From positions 226,608-290,607 of the forward strand of contig MU057584.1 in the NCBI GenBank assembly GCA_013265495.1: a DNA stretch of 64,000 nt, written 5' to 3'. The DNA is from Vicugna vicugna. Taxonomy: Eukaryota. Position numbers and translations under genes: made by a program. Shown here one piece after another: positions 12,486 to 39,615 of this stretch; positions within the stretch are counted from its first letter, which is position 1; each line of letters begins with the position of its first letter. The notes under the pieces were generated by a model. The model was not told the DNA's origin, searched no databases, and saw only the letters and a program-made list of their open reading frames with translations.

Positions 12486-13630
12486 AGATCTCATCTACCC
12501 CCATAACTTCAAATCCCAAATGTGTATCTCCAGCCCTTCTCTGCCTAGACTTCTATGAACTGCTTAATGCTCCAACTGATCCTTGACATGTCTAAACCAA
12601 ATTCTTGATTTCCCTCTCTATCCCCAAAATGCTCCTCCTCCATTTTTGCCTCAGAAGGTGGCCTGCTAGTCATCCAGTTGCTCTGGCCAGAAACCTAAAA
12701 GTCCTTCTTGACTCCTCTTTATCTTTAGCAAATCTCATTCTCACATCTCCACCCCTGAGTTCCTCAGGAGTCTAAGCATCTCATGCCCACTTCTCCTCAG
12801 ATGCCTCATCCCCATGTTTCATTTTATGATTTCTCCTGTTATCTCTTAACAGCTCCTTGTTCCTTATCCTCTACCATGATTTGAAAAGACACTGCTTGTC
12901 TGACCCCTGCATATATCCCACGCTCATCTCTAGAACTCAGACTCACAGTTCTCGCTGGCTGCTGTGTCCAGCAGTGTTTGTCCATCCTTGTGATGCAGCA
13001 AACACTATGGCATCCCCAGCTTCTGGGTATCAGAACTTGGCCCTCTTAACTCTAGGTTGCTTTTGCCCTGTTTCTGTTGCTTTTAAAGAAACATTAGTCA
13101 ACTGAACATAGCTACTGAAACTTCTTCAAAGAGGTTTTTTTAAAAGGCTTTTCCTCCTTTACAAGAGTAAGAAATGAGGTGCTGCCTTTCTGTTTAGCAT
13201 AGTCAATCTGCAGTGGCATCTAAACAAGAGACACTTCTATGTGAATGATTTATTATTCATTATTTATTATTATGATTATACTTCTTGCGCTCTCAGAATA
13301 GTTTTTTGGTAAGACTTACAGATATTTATTCCTTCTGAATATATATCCCATTATAGGAATAATTGTTAGTAAATTTGTGCTTTAGGGTTCCATTAAATTT
13401 CTGCAGGAAAGGATAATCAGTTTTTAGGTTAACTAAAGCACAGAATTTTGGTGAAGATTTTCCATCATTGAAAATTTTGACCAAAGGCACAACAATGAAA
13501 TTTACAGTTCTCTATTTGGTCACTATAATTGCCAGTCACTGTTATTATCAGTCATTACTAGGAAACTGAAACCTCAGTTCAAATAAGTTGTAATTGTCAA
13601 ATGAAGTATAAACACCTACATTAACTTTCT

Positions 13631-13770
13631 TTCTTTCTTGAGGGAGGAGGTAATTCAGTTTTTTAAATTGTTTTTTAAATTTTATTTTAGTGGAGGTACT
13701 GGGGATTGAACCCAGGGCTTTATGCATGCTAAGCACATGATCTACCATTGAGCTATATCCTTCCTCCCCA
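13631..13770 (-). mobile_element. tRNA-derived SINE (Vic-1-like)
   Basis: SINE body on the minus strand with a 15-bp TSD CTACATTAACTTTCT at 13616-13630 and 13771-13785. Confidence 0.92.
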
Positions 13771-13834
13771 CTACATTAACTTTCTGGTAATTATTTCTTC
13801 TTTTGGACAGTTCTTTAACCAATGACATATATAC

Positions 13835-13836
<2 letters not shown>

Positions 13837-13886
<50 letters not shown>

Positions 13887-13910
13887 CACACACACACAAT
13901 ATATATATAT
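13837..13910. repeat. Compound (TG)n/(TA)n/(CA)n microsatellite
   Basis: Directly visible. Confidence 0.95.
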
Positions 13911-14189
13911 AGTACATTTCTAAAAACCAATATGGATACATCCATTCACTGTGGCACATTTTAAAATAAAATAGTGTAGCAGTGAGTATGGGGGAAAAAA
14001 GAAACATGAGTCAAAAGCCTAAGATTTGGTGGGAGCTAGGGTCCAGAGCCTGAAAAACACATTGAAACAGAACATCATATGGTCTACAAAGACAATGTCT
14101 GAGACATAATATGTACACAGTAAATGTCATTGAATATATGATTGAGCATGGTTTCTCTAGGATTTCTGGAGAAAGGATCTCTGCTTCCG

Positions 14190-28121
<13,932 letters not shown>

Positions 28122-28279
28122 GGGTCCTGACACCTGACTTCAGAGCACCAAGCTGACAGTGTCCCCAGCTTGCACACGCAGGCACTGTCCTCACTCTGGC
28201 TGTGAGGGCTCCCTTCTCTTCCCCTCTGGCTTGCTGCAAACTGACAGGGACTTCAACGACAGCAGACAGCAGCTCCCGG

Positions 28280-28445
28280 AACAGACAGGGGCGGTGGCAC
28301 GGGAGGAACTTTGGCTGTACCTCCGCCCTTCATCCCAGGGCTCACTTTCCTCCCTCCTCTGCACAGAGAACAGCAGCCCTGGGAACCCTGGGATTTCCTT
28401 CAAGGTGAGAAAGGAGAAAGAAAGCCCTGCCCTTTGGCCCTGGAT
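28280..28445 (-). promoter_or_regulatory. CEACAM20: CEACAM20 proximal promoter with HNF4-like, GC-box and NF-kB-like motifs
   Basis: GGGCCAAAGGGCA (minus, 28428-28440), CAGCCAAAGTTCC (minus, 28305-28317), GGGGCGG at ~28288 and GGGATTTCC at 28390-28398, all 170-320 bp upstream of the ATG. Confidence 0.5.
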
Positions 28446-29753
28446 CCCCTTGGGAATTATGCCTCCTCTCACCCCAAGCCTCCCTCCCCACCATTCTGCC
28501 AGGATGAGGGAGCAGCCAGGGAGACATGGTGCCAGGGAGGGACAATTCAAGAAGTTTAGAGTTAAAGGGACCAGGAATTGTGATCATAACAGTTAACAGC
28601 TATAACAATAAAATAAAAATGACAGGACCAGACCCAGTGCTGAGTTCACCGTGAACAGCCTGGAAATATTAAATAAGCTGAAATGATGCTTGTGATACAG
28701 ATTCCTGGTCATAGAGGCACAAAGCGAGCTGGGCTGGGAAAGCCCCCAGAGGGTGCCCAACTCAAGTTAGGAGGAAGGGGCAGGGAAGGCTTCCTGGAAG
28801 AGGGGACATCTGTGCTGAAACCTGGAGAACATAAAAAAAGTTTCAGTATATGAGAGTTAATTCCTCTCCTTTTTAAAGGAAATTCAAGTGGCTCTGGAAT
28901 AGAGGAGGTGGGATGTAATTCAAGAGAAGGCTGAGAAAACTAAAATGACTACTTAGGGTGTGAGGGGCAGCTTGGCATCCAAGGAAAGAGATCTCAGCAC
29001 GCCCAGCTGCCTCGAATTGCTACCCCTGTTTGGGTCTCATTCGAGTCATGGACAGTCACCAAGTTTCTGCTCCAATGAAGCAAGGGCTGAGCAAATTGGC
29101 TCTGGATCCAAACTGCAGGGAGGGGTTCAAATCCTGGCTCCTCCACTTGCTCACTGTGTGGCGTTGGGCACGTCAGTTCTCCTCTCTCATGGTCACTTTC
29201 CTCTGCTATGAGATGGAGATGGTGCCAGTTTTGCCTCTTTGGAGGCTGCTGTCCAAGTTCTTCACACCCCAGCTACGGTTTGTAGGGAGAGGTAGGTCAC
29301 CCGTGTGTGTGTAGGTTCTCACCAGCCGACTGGGGATGAACAACAGTCTCCCCTCGCAAGATGGTTGTGAGGATCAAATGAGTTAACGGTGGGAGAGAGC
29401 GCTGGGAACACCGCCTGGCACAGAGACGGTGCTCGATACGTGGGAATCTCCACTAGGTGTTGTGACTGTCATGTGTTGTAACACAGTAGCCCCTGTGAGG
29501 AAGGTATATACTCACTCAGTCATTCAACGCACATTTCCTGAGCTCCTACTGCCCCTGCTCTAGGGAGACAGCTAGGGACAAAACAGACAGAAATCTCTGC
29601 TCTGGTAAGGAAAGAGACAATAAACAATAAACATAATAAATAGGTAAATGATGTGGGATATTAGAAGGGGATACGTGCTATGGAAAAATGAAAAGTACAG
29701 TAGGGTAAGCGATCATATCATTCCATCTCATAGTTAAGAACACCAGAGTTTAG

Positions 29754-29950
29754 TGGGGAGAGTACAGCTCAGTGGTAGAGTGTGTGCTTAGTGTGCACAA
29801 GGTCCTGGGTTCAATTCCCAGTACCTCCATTAAAAAAATTTTTAATAAATAAATAAATAAAACTAATTACCTCTGCCTCTTAAAAAAAGAAATCATAAAA
29901 AAGAAATGTAAATACTTTTAAAAATGTTTGTCTTATAAAAAAAAAAAAGA
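29754..29950 (+). mobile_element. tRNA-derived SINE (Vic-1-like) with a long A-rich tail
   Basis: AGCTCAGTGGTAGAG…GGTCCTGGGTTCAATTCCCAGTACCTCC…TAATTACCTC. Confidence 0.88.
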
Positions 29951-30104
29951 ACACTGAGGTGTTATACAGGTGTGATGACTTGCCTAACTCAGGCCAGGGA
30001 TTCTGGTGTCTATGCAGACTGGGACATTGTCCTGTACATTGTAACTGACTGCACTTCAATTAAAAAAAAAAAACAAAAAGATGGGGGATATAACATGCAA
30101 ATGT

Positions 30105-30227
30105 TGGGGAGGGTGTAGCTCAAGTGGTAGAGTGCATGCTTAACATGCAGGAGGTCCTGGGTTCGATCCCCAGTGTCCCCTCTAAAAATAAATAAATAAA
30201 CCTAATTACCTCCCCACCCCCAAAAAG
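30105..30227 (+). mobile_element. tRNA-derived SINE (Vic-1-like)
   Basis: GGGGAGGGTGTAGCTCAAGTGGTAGAG…GGTTCGATCCCCAG…AAATAAACCTAATTACCTCCCC. Confidence 0.9.
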
Positions 30228-30229
30228 TA

Positions 30230-33200
30230 AAATAATCATGCAAATTTTATTCAAAAGAAAGCAGGAGTAAGGAACAAACTTCCAGTGGTACAATAAGTAC
30301 CAGAGATGTAAAGTACAACACAATAAATATAATTAACACTGTTGTATGTTATGCATGAAAGTTACTAAGAGAGTAAATTCTAAGAGTAAATCTTATCATA
30401 AGGAAAAAAAGAAAGGAAGAATGGCTGTATAAATAGCAAATAAAATGGACTTCAGAGTAAACAAAATTACCAGAGACAGAAAAGGACATTATGTAATAAT
30501 AAAAGAGTTAATCCACCAAGAAGACATAGCAACTGCAAATGTGTACACACTAAACAACAGAGCTGCAAAGTATGTGAAGGATAAGTTGACAGAACTGAAA
30601 TGAGAAATGGGTAAGTCCACAATTATGATTTGATACTTCAGCACCACCATCAACAACTGATAGACACCCAGGCAGAAAATCAGCAAGAATATGGAAGAAC
30701 TCAATACCATCATCAACCAACAAGATCTCATTGATATTTATAGAGCACTCCATCCCACAAGAACAAAATACACACTCTTTTCAAACATTCATGTAACATT
30801 TACCAAGATATACCATATCGTGAGCCAAAAAACAAACTTCAACAAATGTAAAAAAAAAATTGAAAACCATATAGAGAGTGTTCTCTGACACAATGGAATC
30901 AAAGAAATATCTAAGATAACAGCAAACTCTCCAAACATTTGGAAATGAAAAAGCACACTTCTAAATAAGCCATGGATCAAAGAGGCAGTCTCAAGGAAGG
31001 GGGGACCAAAACACATGGAACTGAAAGAGAGTGAAAATGCAACACATCAAAGGCTGTGAGATGCAGCTAGAACAGTGCTGTGGGAGAAATTAAAGCGCTA
31101 AACCCTTCACGGGACAAGAGGGGAAGTCTCAGAGAGTCTAAGCTCCTACCTCAAGAAATTAGTAAACGAATAAACAACCCATATCAAGAAGAAGAAAGAA
31201 AGTAATAAAGAGCAGAAATCAGTGACGTTGTCCAATAGAGAAAATCAATGAAATGAAAAGCTTCCAATTTATCAATAAAATTGATGAACCCCTGCTATTA
31301 CTGACAAAGAACAAAAGAGAGAAACCACTGATTACTAATTTATCAGAAAATCGCCAACTACCAATGTTAGGAAAGAAACAGTGAATATCATCACAGGCCC
31401 TGCTGACCACAAAAGGATAAGGAAATAGGACAGACCACTCTACGCACATAAATTTGACAATTAAGATGAAAGGAAGCAATTCCTCAAAAAGCACAAACTA
31501 CCACCATCAACCCAATGTGAAATAGACCGTTTGAATGGCCTTATTATAATTAAGGAAATTGATTTTGCAATTTTAAAACTCCCAAAAGAGAAACCTCCAA
31601 GCCCAGAAAGCTTTACATGAGAATTCTACCAGCTATTTAAAGAATCAGCAACAATTTTACACAATCTCTTCCAGAAAAGAGAAGAGGAGGAAATACTTCC
31701 CAATTCATTTCATGAGGCCAATATTACCCTGATACCAAAACCAAGCAAAGATGGGAAGGAGGAGGAGGAGAGGGAAGAGGAGAGGAAGGAAGGAAGAAAG
31801 GAAGGAAAGAAGAAAGGCAGGCAGGCAGGAAGGACTATAGACCAGTACCCCCACATGAATTCAGACACAAAAATTCTTAACAAAATATTAACAAACAGAC
31901 TTTAGCAATATATAAAAGGAATTATACACCATGATCAAGTGGGGTTTATTCCAAGGATCCAAGACTGGTTCAATATTTGAAAATCAATCAATGTAATCCA
32001 CCATGTTAACAGGCTAATGAGGAAAAAAAAAATCACATGATCATGTCAATTGACGCACAAAGAACATTTCACAAAATTCAATAGGATCTCTTTTTCAAGA
32101 AATGGTGCTTGAGCAGTTAGATATCCATGAGCAAAAAATGAATCTTGACCTAGACTTTATATAAAAATTAACTCAAAATGGATCACAGACTTAAATATAA
32201 AACATAAAACTATAGAAATTTTAGAAGAAAACAGGAGAAAATCTTTATGATCTTAGGGCTTGGTGAAGAGTTCTTTTCTTAGACATGACACCAAAAGAAC
32301 AATCCTAACAGAAAAAGTGATAATTTATCAAAATGTTGAAATGTTTCTCTGCAAAAGACCCTGTTAAGAATATAAAAAGACAAGCTAAAGACTGAGAGAA
32401 AATACCTACAAACCACATGTCTGACAAGGAACTTGTATCTAGAATATGAATATCTCACAACTCACTAGTAAAAAACAAACAATCTAATTAGAAAATGGCC
32501 AAAAGATATGAAGAGATATTTCACTGGAAAGAATATGTAAATGGCAAATAAGCTCGTGAAAAGATATTCAACATCATTAGCTATAAGGAAATGCAAATTA
32601 AGATCATGATGAAATATTTCTACATACTTATTACAACTAAAAATTTTTTGTAATAGTTACATAGAAAGGGAAATTATGTAATAATAAAAGAGTTAATCCA
32701 CCAAGAAGACATAGCAACTGTAACAATACTAATAGTGACAATATCAAATGTTGACAATTGAACTTATTTACAAAACAGAAACAGACTCCTAGACTTAGAG
32801 GACAGACTTATGGTTACCAGGGGGGAAAGGGGTGGGAAGAGATAAATTGGGAGTTTGAAATTTGTACCTCTTGGGGAGTGATGGACATGTTAGGTATCTT
32901 GACTGGTGGTGGTGGTTTCATAGGTGTTTGCAGCTATCAAAATTCATCAAACTGCACATCTGAAATATATGTAGTTTACTGTACAGAAATTATACCACAA
33001 AATGTTTAAAAATGTTTAAAAAAAAACAAATGTTGACAAGGATGTAGCGAAAATGGCTGTCTTATACACTGTGGAAAGAGCCATTCTGGAAAACAGTCTG
33101 GCAGTTTCTTTAGAACACTGAACAGACGCTGACCATATGACCCAGCAATTACACTCTTGGACATTTATCCCAGAGAAATGAAAACTTATGTTCACATAAA

Positions 33201-33760
33201 AACCTGTAAATGAATGTTTGTGGCAGCCTTATTTGTAATAGCCAAAAACTAGACACAACCAAACATTCTCCAATAACTGAATGATTAAATAAACTATGGT
33301 ACGTTCATAATGTGGAATACTACCGGTAATCAAAAGGAATAAACTATTGAAATGTAGCTACTTAGATTGGATCTCAAGGGCATTGTAGTTGAGTGGTGGG
33401 GGAAGCCCCTCTCAAAAGGTCACATGACAAAATTATAGGGATGGAGAACAAATTGGTGGTAGCCAGGGGTTAGGGATGGTAGGAAAGAGAGAGGTGGGTG
33501 TGACTGTAAAGAGCACCAGGGAGATCTTTGTGGTGATAGAATAGTTCTGTATCTTGATTTCAGTGGTGTTTACATGATTATGTGATAAATTAGAATAGAA
33601 TTCTATGTACACATCATATCGACATCATTCCTGCTTCTGCACTAGGGTTATATAAGATGTACCCATTGGAGGAAATGGAATGAAGCATACATGAGATTTT
33701 TCAGTGATACTGTATCTTTGCAACTTCCTGCTAATCCATAATTATTTCAAAATAAGAAAG
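30230..33760 (+). mobile_element. Old, degraded LINE-1 (endonuclease and RT fragments plus 3' end) with nested insertions
   Basis: Endonuclease-like ORF MEELNTIINQQDLIDIYRALHPTRTKYTLFS, RT-region HHDQVGFIP-like DNA at ~31925, and many stops and frameshifts. Confidence 0.9.
32758..33026 (+). mobile_element. 5'-truncated L1-type 3'-end insertion
   Basis: 13-bp TSD CAAATGTTGACAA at 32745-32757 and 33027-33039, plus a polyA tail. Confidence 0.85.
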
Positions 33761-33799
33761 AAAAAGAAGAGAAAATTTTAAAAATGAACTCTGTTCATT

Positions 33800-34390
33800 A
33801 ATCCCACTCCTGGGCATCTATCTGGAGAAAACTCTAATTCGAAAACATACAGTGTTCACAGCAGCACTATTTACAATAGCTGACACATGGAAGCAACCTA
33901 AATGTCCATATATATACACACACACACACACATACACACAATGGAATACTACTCACCCATAAAAAGAATGAAATAACGCCATTTGCAGCAACATGGATAG
34001 ACATGGAGATTATCACACTAAGTGAAGTAGGTTAGAGAAAGACAAATTATCATATGATATCACTTATATATGGAATCTAAAAAAAAGATACAAGCGAACT
34101 TATTTACAAAACAGAATATAAACTCACAGACATAGAAAACAAACTATGGTTACCAAAAGGGAAAAAGGGAGAGAGGAATAAATTAGTAGTTTGGGATTAA
34201 TTTATACACACAACTATACATAAAACAGATAAACAACAAGGTCCTACTGTATAGCACAGGGAACTATAGTCAATATCTTGTAATGACCTACAAGGAAAAA
34301 GAGTATGAAAAAGAATATCTGTATGTATAACTGAATGACTGTGCTGTACACCAGAAAGTAACACAACATTGTAAAGAAAATATAACAAAA
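33800..34390 (+). mobile_element. LINE-1 3' fragment
   Basis: CCATTTGCAGCAACATGG…ACTGTATAGCACAGGGAACTAT…GCTGTACACCAGAAA. Confidence 0.88.
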
Positions 34391-34809
34391 TGTTAATAAA
34401 TGTCTATCCTGGGGTGAGAGTATATGCAATTTTTCTCTTTTTGCATACGAGTATTTTCTACAAGGAACATTATTACTGTGGGGTTTGTTTTGGTCATAAT
34501 CATTTTAAAAAAATCTTCCAGGGTTGTGAGATGCTTTCCCAGCTGCTACATGTTCCCGCATCAGTGATGGGGAGATTGGCATCTGCTAAGACAGTCCGGG
34601 GAGAATGACCTTGAAGGTGCAAGAAAGTGAGGAGAACAGAACTTCTTCTGGCTGGGGAACTCTGAGCAGTGGGACAAGCAACAATCGTTTGTGACAGAAA
34701 GTGTAGGAAACAGACAGTCTCTGACACTGCTGGTAAGAATGCAAAATGGTATAATCGCCATGCTGGAGAATTTGGCAATATCTGACAATCTATGTGTGCA
34801 TTTACTTTT

Positions 34810-35620
34810 TTTTAAATTGAGGTATAATTGACTTGTAACATCATATTAGTTTCAGGTGTACAACCTAATGATCGATATTTGCAAATATTGTGAAGTGATC
34901 ACCACAATAGGTCTAGTTAACATCCATCACCACACGTAGTTGCAAATTTTTTTCCTTGTGATGAGAACTTTTAGATCAATTTTCTTAGCAACTTTCAAAT
35001 ATGCAATGCAGTATTATTAATTAGAGTCATGATACTGTACATTACTTCCCTGTGACTTATTTACTTTAGAACTGGAATTTTGTACCTTTTGACCCTCTTC
35101 ACCCATTTTGCCCTCCCCCAGACCTCACCTCTAGCAATCACCAATCTGTTCTCTATATCTTTGAGCTCATTTAAAAAATTTTTTTTAGATTCTACATGTA
35201 AATGAGATCATACAGTGCTTGTCTGTCTCTGTCTGATTTATTTCACTTAGTGTAATGCTGCCAAGGTCTATTCATGTTGTCACAAATGGCAAGATTTCCT
35301 TCCTTTTTACAGCTGAATAATATTCCATTTATATCACATTTTCTTTATTCATTCATCCATCTATGGACACTTAGGTTGTTTCCATATCTTGGCTACTATA
35401 AATAATGCTGCAATGAACATGAATATATCTTTTTGAGTTAATGTTTTTATTTTCTTCAGATAAGTACCCAGAAATAGAACGACTGGATCATATGGTAGTT
35501 CTACTTTTATTTTTTTAGGGCCCTCCATATTATTTTCCATAGTTGATGCACCAGTTTACATTCCCACCAACAGTGCACAGGGTTCCCTTTTCTCCACATC
35601 CTCATCAACACATTATTTTG
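34810..35620 (-). mobile_element. LINE-1 3' fragment (antisense)
   Basis: Reverse-strand L1 3' end (…CCACCAACAGTGCACAGGGTTCCCTTTTCTCCACATCCTC…). Confidence 0.88.
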
Positions 35621-36872
35621 TGTTAACTTTTCCAACTAGCAATCCCACTCCTAGGGAAGTAAGCCTGAAGAAACACTTTCAACAATGTGAAAATACATGT
35701 GCACAAGTATTGTGAAATATTGGAAACTATTGTGCTATTGTGAAATATTGGAAACTACCTAAATGCCCAACCATTTAGGACTGAATAAATTATGGTACCT
35801 CTACACAAAGGAGTACTATGCACCTATTAAAAAGAATGAGGAAGTTCTCTGAACTAACATGTGATCACTTCTCAGACATTCTGCAAAGTAAAAGAGCGTT
35901 TACAGTATGCTATCTGTTGTTTAAGAAAAAAGAGACAACAAAAAATAACGGGAAAAGAGACAATAAGAAAACATACAAATATCTACTTATTTTTACCAAA
36001 AAAAAAAAAAAAGAAAAGAAAAGAAAACATAGGGAAGATAAATCAGAAGGCACTGAAGTTGGTACCCACAGGGTGAAAGAGCTTTGGGAGGGACATTTCT
36101 ATCTGCATATATCTTTATGTGTAGCTTTAACTTCTGGAATCATGTTACTCTTCTACAGATTCAAGAATTTCAATTAAATCAATAAGAATTGGAAAAGGAA
36201 GAAATAAAACTGAAAAGCTGACTAAAGCAAATAAACCTAACTGTATTTAAAATTAGCATTAAAATCATACTGAGGGGAAAGGGAGGGAGGGAGGGCAGGG
36301 AAGGGACAACCCAAGTAATTTGCAAACGTATTATTTGACTACATGCAGGGGAGCTGCAAATAACTTCTGAACTCTTTTTAGTAGGATATTTTTTGTAGTG
36401 GTATAGGTGAAGCAATTCAGAAATATTTTAGATGTACTATAATGAAAAAAACATATTAAGCAAATAAGTGAATGTGTTAATGTCATTGGGAGCCAGTGTC
36501 CTCACTGTGGAAGAAGAGACATACAAAAATGGAACAGGGGAAAGTAAGAGAGAACCTGGAATTTGCAGCATTGGTGTAAACTCATGATTTTGAAAATATG
36601 CATAATTATGTGTATATGTATGCATAAGTGTACTTTCATATAATGTCCGTGCATAGGTGTGTATATGTGTATGTATGTGTGTGTCTGTATATATATTCCC
36701 CAGCTCTGGTCACTGAAAGGTCCTAAAAAACAGACATCCCAGTAGTAATGAGTACACACTGATCTTGGCTTCTAATACCATTCCCTACTGAAAGGAACCA
36801 GGACTCCCCCCAAAAATGGTTGATCCAGGACTGAAACAGGATATGAACAACATCCTGAATATATCTTTAGCA

Positions 36873-38020
36873 AACAACTCAATCCAAAAATGGGCAGAAG
36901 ACCTAAACAAGCAATTATCCAATGAAGACATACAAATGGCCAATAGGTAATTGAAAAACGCTCAATATTGCTAATTATCAGAAAAATAAAATCAAAACTG
37001 CAGTGAGGTATCACCTCACACCAGTCAGAATGGCCATCATTCAAAAGTCCACAAATGATAAATGCTGGAGAGGGTGTGGAGAAAAGGGAACCCTCCTACA
37101 TTGTTGGTGGGAATGTAGTTTGGTGCAGCCATTATGGAAAACAATATGGAGATTCCTCTAAAGACCAGAGGTTGACTTACCATATGATTCAGCAGTCCCA
37201 CTCCTGGGCATACATCCAGAGGGAACCTTAATTCAAGAATATACATGCACCCCAGTGTTCCTAGCAACACTGTATACAATAGCCAAGACATGGAAACAAC
37301 CTAGATGTCCATCGACAGATGAATGGATAAAGAAGTTGTGGTATATTTATACAATGGAATACTACTCAGCCATAAAAAAGTAATAAAATAATTGACCCAG
37401 GAATCCTGTTCCTGGGCATATATCCAGAAGGAACCCTACTTCAAAAAGACACCTGCACCCCAATGTTCATAGCAGCACTATTTACAATAGCCAAGACATG
37501 GAAACAGCCTAAATGTCCATCAACAGATGACTGGATAAAGAAGGTGTGGTGTATTTATACAATGGAATACTATTCAGCCATAAAAATAGACAACATAATG
37601 CCATTTGCAGCAACATGGATGGACCTGGAGATTGTCATTCTAAGTGAAGTAAACCAGAAAGAGAAAGAAAAATATCATGATACCACTTATATGTGGACTC
37701 TGAAAAAAAAAGATAAACTTATTTACAAAACAGAAACAGACTTACAGACACAGAAAGCAAACCTATGGTTCCAGGGGAGGAAGGGGGTGGGAAGGGATAA
37801 ACTGAGAGTTCGAGATTTACAGATACTAACTAATACGTATATAAAATAGATTAACAACAAGTTCATACTGTATAGCACATGGAACTATATTCAATATCAT
37901 GAAGGAATTTATTCTGAAAAACAATATGAATATGAATATACGTATGTTCATGTATGACAGAAGCATTGTGCTGTACACCAGAAACTGATACAACATTGTA
38001 ACTGACTATACTTCAAAATA
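36873..38020 (+). mobile_element. Two tandem LINE-1 3' fragments (36873-37390 and 37394-38020)
   Basis: ORF2 C-terminal sequence is covered twice; ORF 37463-37849 reads [27 protein letters not shown]. Confidence 0.9.
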
Positions 38021-39602
38021 TATATATATATTTAAAAAATGTAATAGTGGGGTCCAATTTGGGGGGGCGAGTCTGGTGGAGGAGTGGTTTTGATCACCCC
38101 AAAGGTGAGGTCGTCTTTTTAATGTGTTCCTAGGGCTTCCTACTTCCACACTCCTCTTCTCTCTACCAAGAGGATATCAAGCTTATTTTCACTTCTTGTT
38201 CTGTCTGCTTCAGTTACTCTGCTGTCTGGAATCAGTGATTGATCTTCTCTGCATTATATGCCATTAGCCCTTACATCTTTATTCTGTAGTGTGAGTTCTC
38301 CAAAAATACACATGGAATTGAGGTTGGTCTGAACTGACACCAGAATCATGTTTGATCGGCACCTGGCCGATCAGGTTAGGAGGGAAGGAATAAACAAAGT
38401 AAGAGGTGCCAACAGCCTGGCTTGTGGAAGCAGAGGGCTCTGAACACACTGATTCAGAGAGCAAACTGGCAATGCTTCGGCGTACGGGCTCTGGGTTGGG
38501 ATCCTGGCTCACTGCTTTCTAGCTGAGTGATCTTGGGCAAATGACTAGACCTCCCTGAGCCTCCATTTCCTCATCTGATAAGCGGAGATTATGACATATG
38601 TCCAGCATGAGGTTGTTAGGATATTAAAATGGCTGCAAATGCTTTGTCACTCCTCTGATGGAATGATGGAGACCACATAGGTCAACAGACCCAAGTTTGG
38701 TTCAGTAAGAATCCTGAAGTCATGGAGGAGAGTGGTCACATCCAGCTGGGGTTGCCAAAGGCATAGCCCCCCAGCTCTTAGGGCCTGCCAAGGCTGCTTG
38801 AGCCTTCTGAGGGACGGGATCCCCAAAGACAGCCGTGAACTTTTGTGTTGTGGGTCACACTCACCTCACCCCCTTGGCCATGAGACATGAACTAGGTATC
38901 AAAGGACAGTGAACATAGGAGGCCCCAGGAGGCCACATGAGAGGGGGGGCAAGCCACTCCCGAGGGTCTCAGCAGGAAACTCCCACCAGACACCATATTA
39001 AATGAAGCAAACTGCCCCCAGCCACAGGCACACAAAGCCAGTCAGGGCGTGGGGCCCCCGAGGACATGGACGCACTGCCAATGCCCTGCGGGCCTCAACG
39101 GAAAGCCCGGTGTGAAGTCATTCAAGTGGAGAGGGGTTCGTTGTCAGAAGACCGAAGGCTGCCTCCAAATCCAAGACAGGATGGGACTGGGTCTCGTGGA
39201 CCCAAGCGGCCAGTGCCCCCACACCCTCAGAGCAGCGTCGTTCCATTTCCTTGAACTCAGACAGACCAAGTTCAAATCCCACTTCACATCCCACTCACAG
39301 GCTGTGCGACCTCCAGTCATGTGGCCTCTCCAACCTTCCGTTTCCTCGTTTTGTTCTCGTGCCCTGGAGGGATAATAGTAACTTTGCTTCCTGTGGGAAC
39401 CCTGCCTGGCCCACAGCATGGCTTCGGGTTTGTTGGTGCATATGTATATATATTATGTATGGATATAACATATAAAAATACATGTTACATATAATGTTTA
39501 TTGTTGTTATGAATATTAATTACCCTCTCACCCCCAAGCTCTCTCCACCAAAGGGAGAAAATGGTCGCCACGGGTCCTGGACTTTATGTCTCTGAAAATG
39601 AG

Positions 39603-39615
39603 CCACCAGGGGGCG
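39603..39615 (+). promoter_or_regulatory. Candidate intergenic CTCF site
   Basis: GAGCCACCAGGGGGCGTC is a near-perfect CTCF core. Confidence 0.6.
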
